Positions 1 through 11,165 of a DNA stretch of 64,000 bases are shown one piece after another. The stretch covers positions 427,316-491,315 of the forward strand of contig NMRA01000344.1 in the NCBI GenBank assembly GCA_002633005.1, given 5' to 3'. Within the stretch, counting starts at the first letter, position 1; each line of letters opens with the position of its first letter. Made by a program: the position numbers and the translations under genes. This stretch comes from Phoronis australis (Eukaryota; Animalia; Phoronida). The notes under the pieces are model-generated. The model did no database searches, was not told the DNA's origin, and worked only from the letters and a program-made list of their open reading frames with translations.

Positions 1-170
1 AAATGACATTTGTCGCGAAGGTTACGCTTGTGTAGAAGTCAATGGAACACTTCCACATTGCAAATTTGTGCCCGCTGAGGCAACCACCAAAATAAGCACT
101 GCTACAGTAACACCTCCTACTACCAAGTCTCCAAACCCTTCTTCATTTCCTCCGTTGAATATAATAACAG
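1..170 (+). CDS. Gene A exon (partial): Cys module plus Thr/Pro stalk (NDICREGYACVEVNGTLPHCK...TTKISTATVTPPTTKSPNPSSFPPLNIIT)
   Basis: Open frame from base 2; donor GTAGAC at 171, phase 1; ends like the gene B stalk exon (PLNIITG vs PVIVNTG). Confidence 0.8.
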
Positions 171-3100
171 GTAGACGACATTGTTTTAATTCACTTGTAA
201 GTGTTTGACAATGATGAGTATAAGTCTCTCCGTTAACCCTTTTTATAAAACAGTGCTGGAAGCTTTACGTGCTCGAACGCACACATGATATACAGTAGTC
301 TTGGCATATGACATAAACGTGCTATATTGGGTAATTATCATTTCACTAAGTGCTTTGTTTAAATTGAGTACGGTGAATTTCCTGCATATCTTCCTTGCCT
401 CAACAAGCCTGTTGCTTTATGTTTAGGGTAGTAAATAAAGCAGCTACATTCATGTTAGGCCCACAACTGAGAGTTCTGACCAAGAAAAGTGTCATTACCC
501 TGCGACAGTAATCGTCTTGTAGAATCATCTTGTCAACTTGGCAGCAGAACTGATGTGACATTTTGCTTACAAATGATGTTGTACATTTAACAGGTGAACC
601 TTTGACTGTAAACGCTTCGTTCAAGTTGGGTGAAACATTTCAATGGAACGATGATCTGTTGAATAAAACACTTGAGTCCACTCAAGACTACATAAGAGAA
701 ATACAGACCCAGGTATATAGAACTTCGTCTCATTCAGTTAAACAACGCATTGCTCTCCTATCGCATTGAAATGCGAAGGAAACTAAAGCATCGAAGTCGA
801 CTAAGCATTTGTTGGTCAGTTTATCACTGCCCATTGGCAATAGCGAACTAAAGTGTATGAAGACTCTTTCTTATTGGTACGAATTGAAACCTTTAATTCA
901 CAACTTAATTTTGTCTAGGGAACATAAGAACTTACAAAACAGGGCGATGTATCTTAGATAACGCATAGATTGATCGTTTAGACATTTAGAAATCATTAGG
1001 CTACTTACGCAGCGTTGTAACTCGGCTGACACGCGAGAAACAAATGGAATTTACCCCGCCTAAGCTCGTTCAATGCTATATTCGCTAAATTCCATATGAC
1101 GTTGACGTGTACACTACTAAATATAGTAACACCAGCTTCTTCCCTCCAAGCCCAACAGCAGTACTAGATCAAATACGTCATGTTCTGAAATTACCTTATT
1201 TAGTTGATCGTGTTTAAACTTGAACATCGCAATACATATGGAATTCCAAGTTAGTTCAGTCTACTATATCTCAAGTTTAAAGCAAGCGGTCTTATTCATG
1301 GGAATTCTAAATTCCAAAAATTAATTATGTAACACAAAACTACGATATTTGTCTGAGTTTGTTCACGATTGGAAGCTTAATCATTAGTTTCGAAAGCAGG
1401 ATGAGTTTCGTCAGTCGAAGGATATCACTAAACAATGAACATTTCGACATTTTCAACCATGTTTGAGCGATGAAATTTTTTTCATTGCTTTCCTATGATA
1501 TAATGTTAAATGTCTAAATCGCTTACTAAGTCTGTTGAGTCAGAGTTTTCCGCCCTTTCTCTAAAGCCCTTGTTCACTGACTGGATTTCCCGTGTCAGGT
1601 TGACCTGGTTTTAGAATCAGATGGCGCACCACTGGGATTTGTACCCCTTGACCACTGTTCAAAATGGGACTTGATCCTAATGAAGACAGTCTCCTTAACC
1701 TACCTTGAGTACTAAGTGTTCTTCTCTGGCGATACACTTGTCGATGGAGTGATCAGTGTTGAGGGTGTGGTTCCCTACGGCTCTGGGTCTGTCAAGTTTT
1801 AAAGTTTCCTTCGTCCTTGTGCCTAGATGTCGTTTGGTTTCTCCTATCATGGGCGGCGCAGCACTGAAAAAAGTGGGAGGGGGGCTAAAGCGGTTTGGCT
1901 GTGTACAAGGTGGTTCGTAGGCAAGAACAAGAGATGAGCTTTGACTAGTATATTGAAGACTGTCAACGGATGATGAGGACAACTCTCAATGCGGAGAAAC
2001 AACTGCTAATCAACTCATACTACTGAAGCTACTGATACTACTGAAGCTGCAACTTAAAATATAAGTCAAAGTGATATATATAGAGACCAGAGAAACACAA
2101 ATTAATCAACCAAATAAATGAACAAATAAAGGATGCACTATGCTGACAAATAAACAGTTCTAGGAATAGGAAGTATTACTCATCTTCTGCATGCAGAGAA
2201 AGTGGTGGTAAACAACAACAGTAAGTGATGTAATACGATGGATGAAGCAAAACACAATAACACATTCTGCGACAGGTTTCAATAATGTCTTGACCTCATG
2301 TGATTTGAAGGTGCATGGCAGTTGTTCAGAAAGATTCTTGAAGTAGGGAATGAATATGGATGGTTGTCTGAGCTCATCCCTGTCGGTGCCTAGATTGGGG
2401 CTACGTTGGTGTTGTGGAAGGGTAAGTGCTCAGATTTCACAATCATTGGCAGTCTCATTCTTGTGGACTTGGTCAATGTAACATAGCTCTCTCCTCTGTC
2501 GATGAGGGTGAGTAGCACTATGCGTTCTGCTGTGCGGGTTGGTTTGAGCAAAGTTCATGTATTGATCAGTGTGAATGGGCTTGCAGTACACAGAAATCTT
2601 GGTGGAACAGTCATCGTTGATGTGTTTGCATAAGTCCAGGAGTGGCAGTTTGCTGCCGTTCTCAGGCCCATGGTGAATTGAATGTGACGGTCGATGCTGT
2701 TGGTGTTTGCGAAGAAACTGTCGAGGAGGTTCTCATGTATGACTACGAACGTGTTGTCCACGTATCTCAGTCAGGTACTAGGATGATGTAGGGTAATTTA
2801 TAAAGTTTATCTTTCAAAGTCATCCATGTAGATGTCTGCAACAATTGGTGAAACTGGGGACCCCATAGCCTCTCTTTGTCACTGTTGGTAAAACTGGTTG
2901 TTACACTGAAAGCTCGTAGTAGTGATACAGAAACTCAGCAGCTGGCAAATTTGATCAACAGAAATTTCGATACGTTGTGATAACAGAGTATCAATATCCA
3001 AACAATCTAGTATTGATAGGAACACTGTGAACAGTGCCCTAACAACGAATGAAACCAAGTTGTTACCAGGGGTTACTTCTATATGTCGGAGTTTATCGAA

Positions 3101-6100
3101 AAAGTCTTGACTGTTGAGAGCACTATGGATGATGTTTCATATTAGCGGTCTCAGTACTTTAGAGAGGTATTTGGCTGCTCCATAGGTGATGCTGCTACAA
3201 CACGATACAATAGGTCTGAGTGAGGTGTTGGGTTACAGCTCCCATCTCTCAGGTCATCCTGACGTCCTAAAAGTCCAAGTTGACGCACACAGAAACTTGA
3301 GGACAAGTGTGAATTTAGTTCGATCATAACTGAGAAGTATGAGCTAATCAACTCGGAAATTAAGCACGAATTTCGAATGAAATGAACGGAAAATTCGACG
3401 GAAGCTGTTGCTAAAACGTCAATGACTATTCCATGGGACCTCAAAGTTTGACAAAATCGCCCAAATAATTCAATTTAATCCAAAACGCGGTTTACGTTTC
3501 ACAAACATAACTTTGTGTACATGATAACTTAGCTGAAACTGACGAACATCTCATCGAATGAACGTACATTAACTCAGCTGATTGTTCGTCACAAGCCGCC
3601 ATTTGCCGGTATGTGGCGACATGTGCTTGAAAGAACTCAGTTCAGTATCAAAAGATTCTTACAATTATCCTTAAAAATAAAAAACAAAGATGCAATAGAA
3701 AAAACTCAATGTTGTAGTTATCCAGAACCCGACTATCATTTGTTGGCTACCTGTGACGTAATATAGTGGCAGATCTACGATTTCAGTAAGGGGGGTTAGG
3801 ATTCGAGAGAATCCGAGGTGCGTAGCAGGAAGGTTGCGAGAGGGTTTCCCTCCTCCCGTGTAAGATTTTTTGGGATTTTTAGTAGCTAATTTCGTTTTCC
3901 TGGCGATTTTTTTTTCCAGTTTTTATTTTTGATCCTGTCCCGAGGGGGGGGGTTTAAACCCCCTGAACCCCCCTGTAGATCCGCCTCTGTAATAGATCAC
4001 ATGGCATTTGATCACGTTATGGCTACTGCTAAATCTTACTAAAAAGACGTAGTAACGAGAACAAATTGATGGCAGATTCATTGGTAAATGTAAACAAATC
4101 ATTTTTTATGCTTCGGAAAACCATACTTCTACTGAGTTTAAATCTATGCAGTAACTCTGCAAACAGTCTTGTCTACTGTTTTAAACACGAAGGGAAGGTC
4201 AACAAAGCGAAACGTTTTTGACCCCTGATGAATTCATAACTTGCCAGTCTGTCCAAATCCTATAATAACTTAATATATTTTTTGCCTGCTTTCAGTTATA
4301 AAAGTGTTTTTTCGTTTAGTTGAAGGAAGCTTACACCAAGTCGATAGAGGGTTTCCAAAACGTTGCAGTCACTGGATTTCAAAATGGAAGTGTGATTGTT
4401 TTGCTTGATCTGGTCTTCTCAATGGACACACTGTTAGAGAAAGCTCGACAAACCTCCCCTACAAGAACACCAGGCCAAAACGAGTTCATCAATGTGTTGG
4501 CTAAAGTAATGAAAGACATTAAGGACTTGCAAGTAACCTTTATTCTGAACAAAACGCAAACAACGATCAACGGCATTTGGAAATTCCCTGACGTAGAAAA
4601 GTATGCAGAATATGGTATGTATCATTTTCCTACCGATGGAGCTTGATATCAGCGATGCATTGCTGTTTTTTTAATCATTAGCTATACCCAAAACGCAAAA
4701 TGATTATAAAAATGACAAGCACTTTATCTACCGCTACTTTGATAATTGAAATACTCCGCCGGGCATCCACAAAATGGAAGGGCTACTTTGATGTTTTGCT
4801 GGGCCAAGTCAGTTCACTTGATGAGGGTTGAAATTGAATTTATCAAACCAATCCACCAGGAAATGGTTACAAGCGATATGTATGACTTCTTAAATAAGTG
4901 CGACAGCAATTAGTATTATAAACAATTGGTTTGTCATAAATATGAAAAGGGTGTGCAAGAAGTACAAATGAAGAAACCAAAATCAGTCACAAGAACACCA
5001 CATGGCCGGGGTAAACGCCCTGCTTACAAGATATACGGGGGCAGTATGCGTTTTAAGGCCAGAAACACATTTTTGGATTATTGATTGATGGGCTACACTT
5101 CTTGAAGTCATTAAACTTGACAAAACGCTGTGAAACAACGCAGTCCCTGCTTTTTAAATATGATCTGTCCAATAGGGTTGTAACCCGAGAAGTGAAACTA
5201 CTACTGGGATACGTTAATATATACATACATACTCAAAACCATACATACAAACATACACACATGCATGTATACATAAACATATGGTTATACACATCCAAGA
5301 ACATGTACATGTATATGCTCATGTATATGTGTATCAGTCAAGTTTTGTAGCAGCCTACGTTAACACATACTTTCTTGGAAACAAGACTGGTCTTTTTTCA
5401 CAGCTTAATACACACTTGCTCGTAGTGTCGAAACAATCTCCATTCTCCATGCGTGCAGCTATGTAGAGAGACATAACAGCAAAACAAATTTGAACACTAC
5501 CTATATTTCGAGACTGCATGTCTTATCATCAGGAAATGAGTGAAATGAAGATATACAAAGAGAAATAAACAGTGAAATACATGTTGACAGCAGGAAGAGG
5601 GTCATAAAATCAGAGAGTGTTAGTGTATCACATAAGAGGAAGCCCACCACCTAAGCCTAGCGTACATCGGCCTTAAAAGTGGACACAAACAGTTGTAAAC
5701 AGGTTACCGACAACTGAGAGCAACTGACGGAAACTGATCTGTTTGCGAGTTTGGCCGATATGCGTCTTCTTACTACTGATGGCGTACAACTGATCGCTCG
5801 GTTGCCGTCAGTTGCGCATGCTCTACTTTCTCGCCACTGGTTCCACTCAGTTTTGCTGATCCACCCCGATGTACGCCTCGCTGCAACTAGTGGTGATCTT
5901 TTAACGACCATGTGATGGTCATGTGACCTAATTTTACACTAAAACACAACAAAATGGCGAATGCTTGGACCATAGACATCATCATGATGTGATGTCTATG
6001 GCGTGGACCAATTCTGCGGACGATGCTCTCGTTGAAATGTGGAAATTTACTCAAAATTTGATCTTAAGGATTATATTTAAAGAAAACTGGTCAGTTGCAT

Positions 6101-9100
6101 CAAAATGAATACTGATGGAAAGCATATAACCAGTGGCGGATCTAGGATATCACAAGGGGGGCCCAACATTTTGTCGGGCTGTAAGCATTTGCGCCAACCA
6201 CGATTGTAACCTAGATGCGTATAGCACCGAATGGGGGGAGTGAGGTCGGGAGGGGGATTTGCCCTCTAAAAATCAAGCATTTTATTTGATTCCTGAAGTA
6301 TTATCCAAGAAAAAAAGGCAAAAAAACGCGGGGAACTTGTCAAACAGGAAAAACTGCAAATACCACAGACTCGAACTCACGACCTGGCGGATAAGGGGCG
6401 CGTGCTTTACCACTACCCCACCGCGATATAACTACTAACCTCGTACTAAGAGACCTACTTGTTTATAGTCCACAGCGTTTGCGCGCGAAACCTACTTCTT
6501 TTTGTAATGCTTATTATACGTTTTATATTTTGTGCAATCGGTTCTTAACAAATTTGTTGTATTTAAAATAGTCTTCAAATGCCCAAAAGACCAAATCCGT
6601 TTTTGTTTTGGCAATAATGACGGGATTGCGTTAAGGTTTCACAAAGAGAGAGTTATGAGTTTCTGAGTGATTCACTAAGGCTTCAATTAAAATTCACATC
6701 TGACCAGCAGCTTCTGTTTTTCCATCGTCACTCAGGTTCCATTTTCTTTAAAAAATGAACTAAATTTTCTTCATTGCACAGTGGAGCAGACGACAGAAAC
6801 GGAGTCGTAGTGCGCAGGGCCACTGCCGGTCGCCTGGGATATCGCGGGAGAGCCTATACTTAGCCATAGTTCCGTTTAGAATGCGCCGTGTTCCGAATTT
6901 GACACTCGAAATTGGATCTGAGCCCCCCAAACACTAAAACTGCACACATATAAATCTTGTTTCAACAGTATAATTTTAGTTACCGGGGTTATTTAATAAA
7001 CTCAACATTTCCCTACGCTCTTGCTGTTTTATTTTTTTGAGGCAGCCAAGGTGGGGGGGGGCGGGCCCCCTGCCCCCCCCCTAAATCTGCCTATGTATAA
7101 CTAGCCAAATATCTAAGTTACCGTAAATACGCAAGTCTGTATGTAAGTCACGTGATTGCAAATTGCAAGTGCTTCCTATCGCACTCTAATGGTTACAACT
7201 CAGTCACTGCCAGTCGCTTTCGATGAGTGCGTAAACGTGAGTGGGGGTAACTGCCTAGTTCCCCACAACTGCTAAATTACGCGAAGTAACAAGCTGACAT
7301 GTGCGAAGTCTGAGAGTTGCCTTGTCGATGTACAATTAGATTAACGAAACAGAGCCAACGTGCGGTACAACTTGAGCTGTTTCTTCAGCACAGGTTTTCG
7401 TGACTGATCAATAGGGATAGCGAATGATAGCATTATCTACTACTTTAATGTAACGTTGTTCTCGTGAACAACGCTACATTGGGCACACAGTGTGTTCCCT
7501 ATCCCGACAATTGTCAATGCACTTGAAGGGCAGGTCCATTCAAGATCATTTTTTACACCATCGTGGCCGAAAATAACTAGGCAAAAAATAGTAGACAATA
7601 CCATTATTCGCAATAAAACATAACTAGTGTTTTAATTTGTTTGTTTTCTGTTACGTCTCTCGGTGTTTCGCTTCATAGATGCACTCCTGATGAAAGGAGA
7701 TTATTTCGACACCAGGAGCGAGTCTGTGTTAAGCTGTCAAACAAAAAGTCCAGGCGTGTTTTCAGCGAAGAATGTATATGTATATGGCTGTACTAAGGTA
7801 TTTTTAACGTTATGACAAGTCTCCTGCCTGGGAGGCGTCTTGTGCGCTCGTGTGCGCATTAACCCGTACAGGGCATCTAAACTTTCCTGTCTGCATGCAG
7901 CTGCCCTGCTTACCCCCACAATGTTTTTCTCGCGCGCACCATTCCTCTATCACGGACGAACATTTCACTCTCCTTGATCACTTTTGTCGTCTCACAACCA
8001 TACTTCTTTGCTCACGGACGGCCAAAGTTATCGATCAAACTGTTAGACTATTTCAAGTGTTGTTACATTCGTCTTGATGTCTTAAATCAAATAAGAAATT
8101 AATGAGTTTTCTCAGTGCATAACTTGAATATGATTCATTTCATCAAGTTTTATAGCAAGTTGATGGATACTTTCCCAATTATCGTGTTTGCGGGATCACG
8201 ACATACGAACCACGAAGACAACTGACGTATATTTTGAGCGTAAAGTGAGTTTTATAGCATTTTCACTGTCGCCTCAATAACGTTGCCAATGTGCGTGTTT
8301 GCAAGTCAGAGTTTTCACAGTTGATCTGTGAGCAGGTATCAAGGGTCCAAGAGAAGGTGCTGCGTCCAACAGTAAAAAAAATGCTTTTTCGGGAAAGGAA
8401 TAGTGTGCGGAGCAAAGATGGTCTGTCCGCGAGCAAAGGGAATATGTTTATGAAACGCAAGAATTGTCTGGGGGACATACCTCCGCGGGAAGAGAAAAGC
8501 GTGCGCGAGAGACTAATTCTGCGTGCAAGATTGGAGAGGCGGGCGCTGGCAGGGAATTCTAGGTACCTTTCCCATAAAAAATAGACTGATACCCTGACAC
8601 TTTAACTGTAATTCTATATCGAAGCAGGATCGTAAAGACAGGCTTGATCATTTGCCAGTTCCACTGCTGTTTGCAGTTTTCAACAAAAAATGACAAACAT
8701 TTGCTTATTCATGAGAATACTACTGCATAGAACTGTACTACAGAAGTGCACATGAAAGTAACAGTAATAATTTCCCCGGCACACAGAAACTGCATATTGA
8801 TCGGATAGTCGTTATTTTTAGTTGCTATCACTCTACAAAGACTGTGCAAGAAAGCAAATAGCTGTCCGAGAGGCCACAAATGCGTCATCGTCAACGACGC
8901 ATATCCCCAATGCAAAGGGGCGTGTGATGCCTACTCAGAGGGAATATGTGCTTACAGAAATGCTTCTTGCTACCTGAATAGGACCTACCAACCAGAGTGC
9001 AGGTGAGTTGTAACTTCCACCGCTTATATTACAAGTTACTCAATCGTAATCGATTTATATTTTAAACTCACTCTTCACTATTGCAACACCTTTGGTTAGT

Positions 9101-11132
9101 TGATTCAATAATATTTCTATTATTGTAGAATGTTATCGCTTAAGTGGGATCGCTCTTTGGATATTTTAGATGTTCCCCAGGATACATTCAGCTGGATGCC
9201 TTCAGCGACAAGTGTCAGTCAACGGCAACAGTTATAGCGTTAATCTGTGGAACAGCCGGGGGAGTACTCTTTCTGGTCATTTTCGTCATCAGTCTTGCCT
9301 GTGGAATCAAGTTGAGAAAGGCTAATAGATATAAGCAAGCGTAAGTCAGATATTGTATGAATTAATTCTAACTAATGTCATTTCAACGGTCAACAATACA
9401 TTCTCTGGGATTTTTTGTATAAATAGGTGGCCAATGTCGAGAGAGTAATTAAACAAGAGTATATGAGGGACGGCATTGATCGAAGGAGAGGGAGGGCCAA
9501 CAGAAGGACGGAAGGGAGAGGGAGATGGTTGGGGGGGGGTGAAAGGAGGGAAACGTGACGNNNNNNNNNNNNNNNNNNNNNNNNNNNNNNNNNNNNNNNN
9601 NNNNNNNNNNNNNNNNNNNNNNNNNNNNNNNNNNNNNNNNNNNNNNNNNNNNNNNNNNNNNNNNNNNNNNNNNNNNNNNNNNNNNNNNNNNNNNNNNNNN
9701 NNNNNNNNNNNNNNNNNNNGAGAGGGAGGGAGAGGGAGGGAGAGCATAACTGTTACTGGAAGCAACAACTTTTAAGCATTTCTTTTCATTTAATCGCCGA
9801 ATAATCCCTGGTTTGAATTTCTACTGTTTTCCTCTCACTGAATTCTGCAGTATCTAAAACTCCGATCAGATATACGCATATAAGCCATCTGCTGTTTTCA
9901 TATGTAATATTGGCCTGAGGGTCAAATCACATTTTCATGACGATTCATGAATCTAACAAGGAGAATGAGGAACCAGCAAAGAACACATTTGTTTGCAAAC
10001 CTGCAGCGACAAATCACGTTACTGCTTCAATGTATAAGCTGACACCGCGCAATACTTAGAAAATCTATCGTCTCATAGAGATGTTCATGTAATTCAAAAA
10101 GTAATAAATTTCATGGAATGTCCGAAAATCCCTTTGTATTCACAGTCTCAAGTCTCGCGAAGATGACGTTAGTATTGCGTCCGATGATCTTTACCACCTG
10201 CGGTTGATGCGAGCAGAAAGAGGTGCAAACGACTATGATAACGAGGTATGTGTTCAAAAATAGTTTCCAATGATAATCGTGGCATGAAATTAGGAGGAAG
10301 TACGTGTACGAATGAGCCGTACCTTTTGAAGAAATTTGAGCTAGAAACACAAATGCGCTACAAAACTCGGCCCAGAGCTAATTTCCTAACTCAGCTTATT
10401 CTCAGACGCAGACTCAAATTTAAGCCAATCGTGATTCGAGCACAAACATGTAAGTTTTCTAATGTCGTTCTCAGAGCATTACAAGAAATGAAATCAGTAT
10501 GGTCACTATTCGCGACAGGATCTTGACAGTAAGGGTAAAAGCTTCGGATATAAATTTAAGGTTCGAAACACATATTACTCTCACACTAAAAGTGGATAGA
10601 AATTAAATCGTGATTCAATCTCAGAAATGTCAGCTCTGCAGTCAGGACTGTTCGCACACTGAGTAGGCTCCGACTCTGCTTCACTCGCCAAAGACGCCGG
10701 TGAGGGAGGGTTGAGTTCGTACGGCCTCAAAATCTGCCGATACGGCGAGCTCTAACCCAGTATCTGTTTCACCTATGACCTGAATGTTTTCCTCATCCGC
10801 CCATTTCCATATCTGTCGATACTCATAATACCTGTCAAGCTCGTTTTCATAATCTTCGTAATATACACAATCATTATTGCATGAATGATGTCAAATGATC
10901 AACGTCTTCCACTGATGGCATCACGTGGCCGGAAACCAAAACAATCATTATTTTTTTCTTCTAAATTCCAAATTCTTCAATTATTTCTCAGGAATTTGCG
11001 ACCTAACATCGAGTATGTGTTTTTTACTGAGGTGATCGTCTGCTCGCAGCGTTCAACTCTCCGTCGCTGCCGACTGTAACGTAAAATCTGCTTTTTGCGG
11101 CACAGCCCTTACCTCAAGTTCAGAAAATCTTC

Positions 11133-11165
<33 letters not shown>

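Noticed and set aside
7682-7725. CTGATGA hammerhead-like start (also near 4225 and 58750)
   Set aside because: No correctly placed GAAA with supporting stems.
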